A DNA stretch of 64,000 bases, taken from positions 96,408 to 160,407 of the forward strand of contig CALOCG010000035.1 in NCBI GenBank assembly GCA_942491805.1, given 5' to 3'. The notes under the pieces were generated by a model. It did no database searches and was not told the origin of the DNA. It worked only from the letters and a program-made list of their open reading frames with translations. A program made the position numbers and the translations under genes. The stretch is from Nitrospinota bacterium (GTDB lineage Bacteria; Nitrospinota_A; UBA7883; JADGGD01). Position 1 is the stretch's first letter. Each line of letters starts with the position of its first letter. Shown here piece by piece: positions 8,809 to 19,368 of this stretch.

Positions 8809-10303
8809 ATGCAAAACGCCCTCGTCCCCTCCCCCCGGCTGGTCCTGTTTCTCGCCGGGTTCGCTCTGATCCTTCTCCAGTTCTTCATGATCCGAGAGAT
8901 GAGCGCTCTGCTGAAAGGGACCGAGGTGGTCATCCTGCTGGTGACGGTGGCCTACTTCACCGGCTCCTCCATCGGTTACGGGTTGTCCCCCCTACCTTTC
9001 GGCGACCGGGGTGAAGATCGGCGCGGTGGCGACGTCGCTGATCCACTTGACCCTCCCTTTCTCCCTCCGCTGGCTTGGGGGATGGTCGGCCCAGTGGCAT
9101 TTCGGTGTCACCTATCTGCTCATCCTTTTCGTCGCCGCGTTTCTTTTGTCGAGCTTCTTTTCCCTCCTCCTGCCCCGGTTCATCGACCAAGCCGCCGACG
9201 GCGACGGGGACGATCCTCTGCTGACCCTCTACAGCGCCGAACTGGCCGGGGCGGTCTGCGGCGCCGGGGCGATCTGGCTGGTGGCGCCGTACGGTCCTTT
9301 CGCCATCACCCTCCTCTACGAAATCGTCATGGCCACCGTGGTGGTCTTGGTCATCGGTCTCGGACCGATCACCATCGGGGCCGCCGCAGGTGGGGTCACC
9401 GCCTACGCCCTCTTCTTCACCCCTCTCTGGGACGAGAGTTCGGCCTACTACTACGCCCACCTCTATACCCACCGCGACCCGAAACCGCTCTACTCCGCCT
9501 ACACTCCTTACCAAAAAGTCGATATCCTCGAAGCCGCAAACGGGCGTCGCTACATCTATCTCGACGGGTTGCAGAACTACGGCGACGTCGACCTTTCGGC
9601 TTTCAACGCCTACCTCACCGGCGTGCCGACGACGCTTAAGCCTAACGGGAAGACGCTCATCATCGGCTCCGGCTCTATGGAATCGGTGGCGACCGCGTCG
9701 CCGGTATCGGCGTCGGTGACCACCGTCGAGATCGACGCCGGGGTGCTCATGGGGGCGCGAACGTGGCTGGCCGACAAAAACCGGCTCGATCAGGCGACCA
9801 ACTGGACCCCGATCATCGCCGACGCCAAACGATTCGTCGCCATCACCGACCAGCGGTACGACGTGATCGTCATGGACATCCCGGCGCCCCTCTCCATTCA
9901 GGTGGGGCTTCTGTATACGGAAGACTTCTTTCGCCTCGTCCGATCGCGGCTCGCCCCGGGGGGGATTCTCTCGGTCACCTTGGCCGGAACCTTCGACCCC
10001 GACGAGCCGACGGCGCGGACCGTGGCGGCCGGGTTGATCCGGGCCTTCCCGCAGGTGATCGCCTATACCCCCACCTGGACCCACCGGTCGTTCGCGTTGG
10101 CCGGGGAGATCGACGCTTTCACCCCCGACGAAGCTCGTAAGGCGATCCATGGGGTCGAGGAGGGGGCGTTCGCTTTCCATAACGACGCCGAGGTTCGCAC
10201 GATCGTCGGCGACAAACCTCCTATGACTTTCGATCATATGAGTTACCCGGTGAAACGAAGTTTGCGTCGGGTGATCTTGCGCACATGGATGAACTTCCGA
10301 TGA
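8809..10303 (+). CDS. Membrane-fused spermidine synthase-like SAM-dependent transferase; +1 frameshift in C6 run at 8987-8992
   Basis: N-terminal TM helices from ATG 8809 join ORF 9011 if one C is removed (LSPYLSATGVKIGAV); TPYQKVDI, YLDGLQ, TLIIGSG, VEIDAG, IADAKRF, YDVIVMD, LYTEDFF motifs. Confidence 0.8.
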
Positions 10304-10845
10304 TGGCGCGACTCTGGGCCTATCTCTTCGGCGTGGAGCTGGCGCTTTTGCAGACCGGCGCCTTTTTCCATCTGCAAGTCCGGCTCACCGCCGCCTATCC
10401 GAGCTACCTGACGGTCCTGCTCACCTGGCTGGCCGGGTCGATCATCGGCCTCCGTCTGGCGAAGGGGGGGGCGGCAAAACCGATGGTTCTCTGGTTCGGT
10501 GCGGCCCTTGGCGCCTACTACGCCTCCTATGCCCTGCTGATCGCCTTTCCCCACGATCTGACCCTTCTGCCGCTCCACGGGGGCGCTACCCTTGCCGCCG
10601 GTATCGCCGCCGGAGTTTTCTTCGCCGCCGCCCGGCGGCTGTTCGCCACAGCGGCGCCCCTTTTCTTCTGGGAAAACAACGGCTTTATCACCGGCTGGAT
10701 CGTCGGGTTCGTCGGATATACCCTCGGGGCGGAGGACTTCACCCTCGTGGCGCCGATGGTCGGCATGGGGCTGGTCCTCCTCTTCGGCCGCATCGCCGTG
10801 CGACGGGTTCTTCCCCTTTCATCCCCCCCCTCCAATAGGCTATAA
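10300..10845 (+). CDS. Hypothetical multi-pass membrane protein
   Basis: Hydrophobic ORF overlapping the upstream stop (ATGA); resembles the membrane N-terminus of fused spermidine synthases (GVELALLQ, LLTWLAGSIIG). Confidence 0.7.
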   Translation: MMARLWAYLFGVELALLQTGAFFHLQVRLTAAYPSYLTVLLTWLAGSIIGLRLAKGGAAKPMVLWFGAALGAYYASYALLIAFPHDLTLLPLHGGATLAAGIAAGVFFAAARRLFATAAPLFFWENNGFITGWIVGFVGYTLGAEDFTLVAPMVGMGLVLLFGRIAVRRVLPLSSPPSNRL

Positions 10846-10897
10846 TTTCCCCTTTACGCATCCAACAAACAACTCTGTAGGAAAGCAAGCGAGTCCC

Positions 10898-12199
10898 GTG
10901 AAGATCTGTGTTGTCGGTTCCGGTTATGTCGGCTTAGTTTCGGCGGCGGTTTTCGCCGATCTCGGCAACGAGGTCGAGAGCGTCGATATCGATCCGCAGA
11001 AGATCGCCATGCTCAATGACGGTAAAATGCCGATTTACGAGCCGGGATTGGCCGAAATGGTGGCCCGCAACGCAAAAGACGGTCGCATCCGGTTCTCCAC
11101 CGACGTCGCCGACGGGATACGTAAAAGCGACCTGATCTTCATCTGCGTCGGCACCCCGCCGCAAGAAGACGGTTCGACCGATCTCTCCTATGTCGAGTCG
11201 GTGGCCAAGACCATCGGCGAGAACTTGTTAAACGGCTATAAAATCGTCGTGAACAAAAGCACCGTCCCGGTCGGCACCGGCGACCTCGTTTCCCGGATCG
11301 TCCGGGAATCGGCCCATCCCGACGCCCGGTTCGACGTCGTCAGCAACCCCGAGTTTTTGCGCGAAGGGCAAGCCATCGGCGACGCTTTGCATCCCGACCG
11401 GGTGGTTATCGGCGTCACCACCGCGGAGGCCGCCACGGTGATGAAAGAGCTTTACGAACAGCTCGATTGCCATGTGGTCGTCACCGACGTCGCCAGCGCG
11501 GAGATCATCAAATACGCCTCCAACTCCTTCTTGGCCACCAAGATATCGTTCGCCAACGCGCTGGCCGACTTATGCGAAAAGACCGGCGCCGACATCCACG
11601 ACGTCGTGGTCGGCATGGGGTCGGATCACCGGATCGGGCACGATTTCCTGAAAGCCGGGCTTGGGTTCGGCGGGAGCTGCTTTCCGAAGGATGTCTTAAG
11701 CCTCATCCACTCCTGTAAAATGATGAAGGTCGATTTCGGCATTCTCGACGAAGTCATGGCGGTCAACAAGACCCGAGCGATCCGTTTCGTCAACCGAATC
11801 GAGACCCACTTCGGCGGGAATCTGGCCGGAAAGACCATCGCCCTCTTGGGGCTGGCTTTCAAGCCGGAGACCGACGACATGCGCGACGCCAAGTCGATCG
11901 AAATTATCCGGCTTCTCGCCGACAAAGGCGCCCTCGTCCGCGGCTACGACCCGGAAGCCACCGAAACCGCCAAACAGGCCATCGACCGCCCGATCACCTA
12001 CTGCTCCTCCGCCTATGAAGCCGCCGAAGGGGCCGACGCTTTGGCGTTGGTCACCGAATGGCGCGAGTTTATGCAGCTCGATCTCGGACGGATAAATGAG
12101 AGCATGAACGAAGCGGTCCTCTTCGACGGGCGCAACCTCTATCACCCGGATCACACCCGGAAACTTGGCTTCACCTACTACGCCATCGGGCGTTCCTGA
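10898..12199 (+). CDS. ugd: UDP-glucose 6-dehydrogenase
   Basis: GTG start; VVGSGYVGL, ICVGTP, KSTVPVGT, SNPEFLREG, GFGGSCFPKD; TATAAT at 10841-10846. Confidence 0.95.
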   Translation: MKICVVGSGYVGLVSAAVFADLGNEVESVDIDPQKIAMLNDGKMPIYEPGLAEMVARNAKDGRIRFSTDVADGIRKSDLIFICVGTPPQEDGSTDLSYVESVAKTIGENLLNGYKIVVNKSTVPVGTGDLVSRIVRESAHPDARFDVVSNPEFLREGQAIGDALHPDRVVIGVTTAEAATVMKELYEQLDCHVVVTDVASAEIIKYASNSFLATKISFANALADLCEKTGADIHDVVVGMGSDHRIGHDFLKAGLGFGGSCFPKDVLSLIHSCKMMKVDFGILDEVMAVNKTRAIRFVNRIETHFGGNLAGKTIALLGLAFKPETDDMRDAKSIEIIRLLADKGALVRGYDPEATETAKQAIDRPITYCSSAYEAAEGADALALVTEWREFMQLDLGRINESMNEAVLFDGRNLYHPDHTRKLGFTYYAIGRS

Positions 12200-12222
12200 T
12201 CCCCTCTAGCGAAACGAGCGAC

Positions 12223-13161
12223 ATGTCCCGATTTCTTCTCACCGGATGCGCCGGCCTTCTCGGATCTTGGCTCAGCGAACGACTCGTCGCCGACGGCCAC
12301 ACCGTCGTCGGGGTCGACGACTTCAGTTCCGGCAGGAAGGAGAACATCGCCCACCTTGTCGATCAGGAGCGATTCACCTTCGTTCGACACGACGTCACCA
12401 CCGGGCTTAATCATATCGACGGCCCCTTCGACTACGTCGCCCATCTCGCGTCGCCGGCCTCCCCCCCCGATTATCTCGCGCGCCCCGTCGAAACCATGCG
12501 GGCCGGATCGTACGGGTCGCACGCCGCGCTCGACGTCGCCTTGCGCGACAAAGCGGTCTACCTCGTCGCCTCCACTTCGGAGATATACGGCGATCCGTTG
12601 ATCCACCCACAGCCCGAAAGCTACTGGGGGAACGTCTCCTCCGTCGGCCCCCGGTCGTGCTACGACGAGGCGAAACGATACGCCGAAGCCATCACTATGG
12701 CCTATCATCGGGCCCACGGCCTTGAGGTGCGCATCGCCCGGATCTTCAATACCTACGGCCCCCGGATGCGCCCCGACGACGGTCGGTCGGTCTCCAACTT
12801 CATCGTTCAGGCCCTCAAGGGGGAACCAATTACCCTCTTCGGCGACGGAAGTCAGACCCGCTCGTTCTGCTATGTCACCGACCTCGTCGACGGGTTGCTT
12901 CGCCTCATGCGATCCGATGTCACCGAGCCGGTAAACCTTGGCCGCCCCAGAGAATTCACCATCCGCGAACTGGCCGAGCAGGTCATCAAACTGACCGGCT
13001 CTACGAGCGAACTAAAGCTCATGCCGCTACCGGAAGACGATCCGAAAGTCCGCCAGCCGGTCATCGACCGCGCCCGCGACCTTCTTGGATGGGAGCCGAA
13101 CATTCCGTTGGAAGAAGGGCTCGTCCCGACCATCGAATATTTCAAAACGCAGGTAGGCTAA
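12223..13161 (+). CDS. UDP-glucuronate decarboxylase (UDP-xylose synthase, SDR family)
   Basis: HLASPASP, ASTSEIYGDP, YWGNVSSVGPRSCYDEAKR, RIFNTYGPRM, QTRSFCYV. Confidence 0.9.
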   Translation: MSRFLLTGCAGLLGSWLSERLVADGHTVVGVDDFSSGRKENIAHLVDQERFTFVRHDVTTGLNHIDGPFDYVAHLASPASPPDYLARPVETMRAGSYGSHAALDVALRDKAVYLVASTSEIYGDPLIHPQPESYWGNVSSVGPRSCYDEAKRYAEAITMAYHRAHGLEVRIARIFNTYGPRMRPDDGRSVSNFIVQALKGEPITLFGDGSQTRSFCYVTDLVDGLLRLMRSDVTEPVNLGRPREFTIRELAEQVIKLTGSTSELKLMPLPEDDPKVRQPVIDRARDLLGWEPNIPLEEGLVPTIEYFKTQVG

Positions 13162-13166
13162 CAAGG

Positions 13167-13871
13167 ATGGCAAAGGGGCGCTACCGGCTCGATGCGCCGA
13201 TCAAAGAGTGGCCCGAAGGTGACCGCCCCCGCGAAAAGCTGGCCGCCAAAGGCGCCCGCTACCTCAACGACACCGAACTGCTGGCGATCCTCATCGGTAC
13301 CGGAGCGGGAGAGAAAAACGCCGTCGATCTGGCCCGCGACCTCATCACCCGGTTCGGCGACCTGGCCGGTGTCGAAGGCGCCAGCGTGGCCGAGTTGACG
13401 CTCGTCAACGGCGTCGGCCCGGCGAAGGCGATCACCATCAAGGCGGCGCTGGAGCTGGGGCGACGGTTTGTGGGGGCCGCGACCGACCGCAAAGTAAAAA
13501 CCTTCAAGACCGCAGAAGACGTCGCCAACTACCATCTGCCGTCGTTGACCAACCTGAAGCAGGAGGTCTTCATGGCGACTCTGCTGAACACCAAGAACCG
13601 GGTGATCCGCAACGTCACCATCTCCGAAGGGGGGCTCGACGCGACGCTGGTCCGCCCGCGCGACGTTTTCGCCGCAGCGGTGAGAGAAGGCGCCAGCGCC
13701 CTCGTGTTGATCCACAACCACCCTTCCGGCGACCCGAAGCCCTCCCGCGACGACATCAACCTGACCGCTAAAATCAAAGAGGCCGGAGAGCTGATGGGCA
13801 TCCGGGTCCTCGACCATGTCATCATCGGCGAAGGGGAATGGTTCTCTTTCGACGAAGCCGGTCTCTTATAA
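13167..13871 (+). CDS. radC: RadC/JAB-domain protein
   Basis: RPREKL, ELLAILIGTG, GVGPAKA, HNHPSGDPKPSRDD, VLDHVIIG. Confidence 0.95.
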   Translation: MAKGRYRLDAPIKEWPEGDRPREKLAAKGARYLNDTELLAILIGTGAGEKNAVDLARDLITRFGDLAGVEGASVAELTLVNGVGPAKAITIKAALELGRRFVGAATDRKVKTFKTAEDVANYHLPSLTNLKQEVFMATLLNTKNRVIRNVTISEGGLDATLVRPRDVFAAAVREGASALVLIHNHPSGDPKPSRDDINLTAKIKEAGELMGIRVLDHVIIGEGEWFSFDEAGLL

Positions 13872-13878
13872 TCAGATC

Positions 13879-15346
13879 ATGAACCAAAGACTCGCCGAGC
13901 TTATCAAAACCGCCCGCCGCCCGAACCTTCTCGTCGTCGGCGACGTCATCCTCGACCGCTACGTTTACGGCGCGGTGGAACGGATATCCCCCCGAAGCCC
14001 CGGCCCAGGTGCTCGACATCACCCGGGAAGAAGAGGTCTTGGGGGGCGCCGCCAACGTGGCCGCCAACGCCGCCGCTTTGGGCGCCGCCGTCCGCCTCTT
14101 CGGCGTTGTCGGGAGAGACGCCGACGCGGCCACGCTCAAAAAGCTCCTGGCCAAACGCAAAATCGCAGCCGACGGACTGACCCCCGAAACGGGACGCCCC
14201 ACCACCAGGAAGACCCGGTTCATGGCGTTGCGCCAGCAGATGCTCCGCGTCGACCGGGAGGAACGACGCCCCGTCAGCGACGATACCGAAAAGGGGCTCT
14301 TGGCCAAAATCGAAAAGCGGCTCCCCTCATGCGACGGGGTGATCCTCTCCGACTACGCCAAGGGGACTTTGACGCCGACCCTGATCCGGTCGATCATCGA
14401 CGCGGCCACGAAGCTCGGCAAACCGGTGGTGGTCGACCCCAAAGGGAGAGAGTATCGCCGCTACGCCGGAGCGACCCTTATCACCCCCAACAAAAAAGAG
14501 GCGGCCGAAGCCTCGGGGCTCTCCATCGCCTCCGATGCCGACTACACCACGGTCGCCAAGAAGCTCTTTCGCGACGCCAAAGTCGAACGAATCCTCATCA
14601 CCCGTGGCCCCGAAGGAATGTCCCTTTTCTCTCCCGGCCAGAAACCGTTGACCCTCCCGGCCGAAGCGCTCGAAGTCTTCGACGTCTCCGGCGCGGGCGA
14701 CACCGTCGTCGCGGCGGTCGCCACGTATCATTTCGCCGGACTCCCGTTGGAAGAGGCGGCCCGGATCGCCAACGTCGCCGCCGCCATTGAAGTGACCCAC
14801 GTCGGCGCCAAGGCGGTGTCGAAAGAAGAGATACTCGAACGGCTCACCGACGGCGAGGAGGTCGAAGCGAGCAAAATAATGTCCGCCGCACGGGCCGCCG
14901 CCTTCGTCGCCCGCCTGAAAGAAAAAGGGGAGACGGTCGTCTTCACCAACGGCTGTTTCGATCTTCTCCACGCAGGCCACGTCGATTATCTGCAAAAAGC
15001 CCGCGCCATGGGAGACGCGCTCGTCGTCGGGCTGAACACCGACCGCTCCGTCCGCCGCCTCAAAGGCTCCCGTCGTCCCTTGGCGCCCCAAGGGGATCGG
15101 GCCGAAGTCTTGGCCGCGCTCGCCTGCGTCGACGGTGTCGTCCTTTTCGACGACGAAACCCCGGCTCGGCTTATCGACCGGTTAATTCCGTCGATCCTGG
15201 TCAAAGGGGGAGACTATCACCGCGACACCGTGGTCGGCGCCGAGACGGTCGAGAAACATGGCGGCTCGGTGAAGATCGTGCCGCTCAAAAAAGGACGGTC
15301 GTCGAGTTCGATTATCGACCTGATTCTGCAAAGGTATCAACCGTGA
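13879..15346 (+). CDS. hldE: Bifunctional heptose-7-phosphate kinase / heptose-1-phosphate adenylyltransferase; +1 frameshift in C6 run at 13988-13993
   Basis: VVGDVILDRY...RISP|EAPAQVLD restored by removing one C; GGAANVA, DVSGAGDTV, VFTNGCFDLLHAGH. Confidence 0.92.
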
Positions 15347-16296
15347 GCGACAAGCCGGACTACCGTTTCTCTCCAGCCGATTTTTCGCGCATAACGACCT
15401 ACCCTATCGGCGAGCGGAAAAGCCTCGTCGATACGTCGATGTTCGTCGATCTCGAAGCCTATAACAAAAGCGGCGCGCTGACCGACCTCTTCCCGCCGAT
15501 GCTAAAAGCCCGCGACCTGACGAGGGTGGCCGAAGCCGTCAAAGCCGCCAAGGCCGCCGGTAAGCCGGTGGTTCTCGGCATGGGGGCGCACGTTATTAAA
15601 GTCGGGCTGGCGCCGATCATCATCGACCTGATGCGCCGCGGGCTGATCGACGCCGTCGCCATGAACGGCGCCGGGGGGGTCCACGATCTCGAAATCGCCT
15701 TCCACGGAGAGACCAGCGAGAACGTCGCCGTCGAGATAAAAGAGGGGCGGTTCGGCATGGTCGACGAGACCGCCAGCCACTTCAACGGAGCCTTGGCCCG
15801 CTACCCCGACGCCGGGGTTGGCGAAGCGTTGGGGCGCTACATGCTCGACGAGAAGTTCCCCCACGCCGACGTTTCGATCATCGCCCAAGGGGCGGCTCTC
15901 TCGATCCCGGTGACGTTGCATGTGGCCCTCGGGTGCGACATCGTTCATATCCACCCTTCCGCCGACGGCGACGCCACCGGGCGGGCGACCATGGCCGACT
16001 TCCGTCTCTTCACCGGCGTCGTCGGCGAACTGGGAGGAGGCGGGGTCTACCTGAACGTCGGCTCGGCGGTCATCCTGCCGGAGGTCTTCATCAAGGCCCT
16101 TTCCGCCGCACGAAATCTCGGCGCCGAAGCGGCCGGGTTCACCACCGTCAACTTCGACATGATTCAGCACTACCGCCCCGGCGTGAACGTGGTCAACCGC
16201 CCGATCCAAGGGGCGGGGGCCGGCTACGCCTTGACCGGTCATCACGAGATCATGGTTCCCCTTCTCTACCACCTTCTCGTCGGGAGCGACGGGTGA
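15343..16296 (+). CDS. Conserved protein, deoxyhypusine-synthase-like fold (function unknown)
   Basis: LGMGAHVIKVGL, NVGSAVILPEVFIKA, GHHEIMVPLL; GTGA overlaps with both neighbours; family call from recall. Confidence 0.6.
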   Translation: MSDKPDYRFSPADFSRITTYPIGERKSLVDTSMFVDLEAYNKSGALTDLFPPMLKARDLTRVAEAVKAAKAAGKPVVLGMGAHVIKVGLAPIIIDLMRRGLIDAVAMNGAGGVHDLEIAFHGETSENVAVEIKEGRFGMVDETASHFNGALARYPDAGVGEALGRYMLDEKFPHADVSIIAQGAALSIPVTLHVALGCDIVHIHPSADGDATGRATMADFRLFTGVVGELGGGGVYLNVGSAVILPEVFIKALSAARNLGAEAAGFTTVNFDMIQHYRPGVNVVNRPIQGAGAGYALTGHHEIMVPLLYHLLVGSDG

Positions 16297-17063
16297 TCCG
16301 CTTCGTCTCGCTCGGCTCGGGATCGTCGGGGAACGCCTCGTTCATCGGCAACGGCGCCGCCGGATTGTTGCTTGATGCGGGATTTTCCGGCCGCGAGCTA
16401 AAGGCGCGGTTGAGCGCTTCAAAAATCGACGCCGCCGAAATCGCCGGGATCGTTCTCAGTCACGAACATACCGACCATTGCAAAGGCGCCGGGATCATGG
16501 CCCGCGCTCTTGGCGTTCCGCTCTTCGTCAACGAACGGACATGGGGGAAGGTGAAGAACATGGCGGGAAAAGTGGCCGACGTGGTTCATATCGCCAACGG
16601 CGCCGAGATCGAGATCGGCGGGTTATCGGTGTCGCCCTTCTCGATCCCCCACGACGCCGCCGACCCCTCCGCCTTCGTCTTCACCGCCGGAGGGACACGG
16701 CTGACCTTCATCACCGACACCGGCTACCCGACCGGCCTTATGACGCAGAAAACGGTGAGCGCCGACTATCTCGTCCTGGAGGCGAACCACGATCCGGCCA
16801 TGCTGAAAGCGGGCCCCTATCCGTGGGAGTTAAAACAACGAATCGCCTCTCGCACCGGCCACCTTTCCAACGATGACTGTCGGTCGCTCCTCGTCGGCGC
16901 GCTCCACACTAATTTGCAGGGGGTGACTTTCGCCCACCTGTCGGAGACCAATAACAGCCCCTACCTCGTACGTCAGATGGGGGAGCAGCTACTTGACGAA
17001 AAGCGTGTCCCTTTTGAAGTCGCCACACAGGCGAAACCGGGACCGATGATCTGCATTGAATAG
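16293..17063 (+). CDS. MBL-fold metallo-hydrolase (YycJ/WalJ-like)
   Basis: SLGSGSSGNA, SHEHTDH, PHDAADP, LEANHD, GHLSND, HLSETNN. Confidence 0.88.
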   Translation: MIRFVSLGSGSSGNASFIGNGAAGLLLDAGFSGRELKARLSASKIDAAEIAGIVLSHEHTDHCKGAGIMARALGVPLFVNERTWGKVKNMAGKVADVVHIANGAEIEIGGLSVSPFSIPHDAADPSAFVFTAGGTRLTFITDTGYPTGLMTQKTVSADYLVLEANHDPAMLKAGPYPWELKQRIASRTGHLSNDDCRSLLVGALHTNLQGVTFAHLSETNNSPYLVRQMGEQLLDEKRVPFEVATQAKPGPMICIE

Positions 17064-17072
17064 GAGAGACCG

Positions 17073-18368
17073 ATGATTCCCCGCTATACCCGCCCCGACA
17101 TGGGCGCCCTCTGGACGGAACAGAATAAATTCGCCACGTGGCTGAAAGTCGAGCTGGCGGTCTGCGAAGCATGGACCGAGGAGGGGGTCATCCCCGCCGA
17201 CGCCATGGCGGTGATCCGCGAAAAGGCGGCGTTTGATATCGACCGGATCGACGCTATCGAAGCCGAGGTCCGCCACGACGTCATCGCCTTTCTGACCAGC
17301 GTCTCCGAGTTCGTCGGCCCCGATTCGCGGTTTATCCATCTCGGCATGACCAGCTCCGACGTGGTCGACACGGCGCTCGCCTGCCTGCTAAAAGAAGCGG
17401 GAGAGCGGATCCTGTCCGGGGTCGATCGGTTCCTCGAAACACTCAAAAAGAAAGCTCACGAGCATAAGCTGACGGTCTGCATCGGGCGATCCCACGGCAT
17501 CCACGGGGAGCCGACGACGTTCGGTCTTAAAATGGCCCGCTTCTACGACGAAATGAGCCGCGCTCGGGTTCGACTGGCTCGCGGGGTCGAAGGGGTGTCG
17601 GTGGCGAAGCTCTCCGGCGCCGTCGGCACCTACGCCAACCTGCCTCCCCATGTGGAGGCGAAGGTGGCCGAACGACTGGGGCTCACCCCGTCGCCGATCT
17701 CGACCCAAGTCCTCCCCCGCGACCGGCACGCCGAGTTTATGAGCGCTCTTGCCATCACCGCCGCCTCCATCGAGAACATCGCGGTCGAACTTCGCCACCT
17801 GCAACGGACCGAAGTCCTTGAAGCGGAAGAGAAGTTCCACGAAGGGCAAAAGGGGTCGTCGGCCATGCCCCACAAACGAAACCCGATCACGGCGGAGAAT
17901 CTAACCGGCCTTGCCCGCGTCGTAAAAGCGAATCTCTTCGCGGCGCTGGATAACGTGGCCCTCTGGCACGAACGGGATATCTCCCACTCGTCGACGGAGC
18001 GGGTGATCCTCCCCGATTCGACGATCCTGATGGACACCATGCTGGCCCGCGCCGACCGGTTGGTCGGCGGCCTGACGGTTTACCCCGAAAACATGCGGCG
18101 AAATCTCGAACTGACCAACGGTCTGATCTTCTCCCAGAAGGTTTTGCTCGACCTGATCACCGCCGGGGTGACCCGAGAGGTGGCCTATAAAATCGTGCAA
18201 GAGTCGGCCATGCGTTGCTGGCGGGAAAAGACGCCGTTCATCGACCTTCTGTGGGAGCAAGAAGCGGTGCGGGAGAAACTGACCCGCGAGCGCCTTGAAG
18301 ATTCGTTCGACCTGACGTATCATCTCTCCTACGTTGACCAGATCTTCGACAACGTCTTTAAACGGTAG
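17073..18368 (+). CDS. purB: Adenylosuccinate lyase
   Basis: MIPRYTRP, RHDVIAF, GRSHGIHGEPTT, GSSAMPHKRNP. Confidence 0.97.
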   Translation: MIPRYTRPDMGALWTEQNKFATWLKVELAVCEAWTEEGVIPADAMAVIREKAAFDIDRIDAIEAEVRHDVIAFLTSVSEFVGPDSRFIHLGMTSSDVVDTALACLLKEAGERILSGVDRFLETLKKKAHEHKLTVCIGRSHGIHGEPTTFGLKMARFYDEMSRARVRLARGVEGVSVAKLSGAVGTYANLPPHVEAKVAERLGLTPSPISTQVLPRDRHAEFMSALAITAASIENIAVELRHLQRTEVLEAEEKFHEGQKGSSAMPHKRNPITAENLTGLARVVKANLFAALDNVALWHERDISHSSTERVILPDSTILMDTMLARADRLVGGLTVYPENMRRNLELTNGLIFSQKVLLDLITAGVTREVAYKIVQESAMRCWREKTPFIDLLWEQEAVREKLTRERLEDSFDLTYHLSYVDQIFDNVFKR

Positions 18369-18371
18369 CAC

Positions 18372-19103
18372 ATGAGCCAGAACGACCAGTCGGTGACCAA
18401 GGGAGAGCAGCTCTACGAGGGGAAGGCGAAGATCGTCTATACCACCAACGACGAGCATCTCTACATCCAGCACTTCAAAGACGACGCCACCGCCTTTAAC
18501 GGGGCGAAAAAGGGGACTATCGAAAATAAAGGCGCCTGTAACAACGCCATCAGCTCCCACATATTCGCGCTGATGGCCGAAGCCGGGTTCGCCTCCCATT
18601 TCGTGGCCCAACTCAACGAACGGGATATGCTCATCCGCAAGGTCGAGATCATCCCGATCGAAGTGATTATGCGCAACGTCGCCGCCGGATCGCTGGCCAA
18701 GCGGATGGGGGTCGCCGAAGGGACCGAACTGACCATGCCGGTGCTGGAGTTCTGCTACAAAGACGACGCCCTCGGCGACCCGGATATCAACGACTATCAT
18801 ATTCGGGCCTTCGGTCTTGCCACCGATGAAGAAGTGGCCCACATCAAAAAAGAAGCCTTCCGTATCAACGAATGGCTCGTGGCCTTCTTTGACCGGATCG
18901 GCATCCGGCTGGTCGATTACAAGCTCGAGTTCGGTCGGAACCCGCACGGAGTGTTGCTGGCCGACGAGATCAGCCCCGACGGGTGTCGCCTGTGGGATAA
19001 GAAAACCGGCGAAAAAATGGACAAAGACCGCTTCCGGCGCGATCTGGGACGCCTCACCGAGGTGTACGAAGAGATGCGCGACCGGGTGTTGGCCACGAGC
19101 TGA
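18372..19103 (+). CDS. purC: SAICAR synthetase
   Basis: LYEGKAK, FKDDATAFNG, LADEISPDGCRLWD, DKDRFR. Confidence 0.97.
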   Translation: MSQNDQSVTKGEQLYEGKAKIVYTTNDEHLYIQHFKDDATAFNGAKKGTIENKGACNNAISSHIFALMAEAGFASHFVAQLNERDMLIRKVEIIPIEVIMRNVAAGSLAKRMGVAEGTELTMPVLEFCYKDDALGDPDINDYHIRAFGLATDEEVAHIKKEAFRINEWLVAFFDRIGIRLVDYKLEFGRNPHGVLLADEISPDGCRLWDKKTGEKMDKDRFRRDLGRLTEVYEEMRDRVLATS

Positions 19104-19110
19104 GAGAATC

Positions 19111-19356
19111 ATGAAAGCTGTCGTCACCGTCACCTTGCGCTCCGGCATCCTCGACCCCCAAGGAAAAGCGGTCGAGGAAGCCTTGGGCCATATGGGTCAG
19201 TCGTCGGTCAACAGCGTTCGGGTGGGAAAGTTCATCGACTTGACCGTCGACGAAACCGACCCGACCGCCGCCCGCGCCGCCGTCGACAAGCTCTGCCAGA
19301 GCCTGCTAGCCAACCCGGTGATGGAAGACTACCGGATCGAACTCGTCACCTCATAA
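19111..19356 (+). CDS. purS: FGAM synthase subunit PurS
   Basis: ILDPQGKAV...VRVGKFI...LLANPVMEDY. Confidence 0.95.
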   Translation: MKAVVTVTLRSGILDPQGKAVEEALGHMGQSSVNSVRVGKFIDLTVDETDPTAARAAVDKLCQSLLANPVMEDYRIELVTS

Positions 19357-19368
19357 AGGGGAAACAGC

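Noticed and set aside
13167-13871. radC as a marker of a mobile element
   Set aside because: Full-length chromosomal-type RadC embedded in a housekeeping run with no mobility genes.
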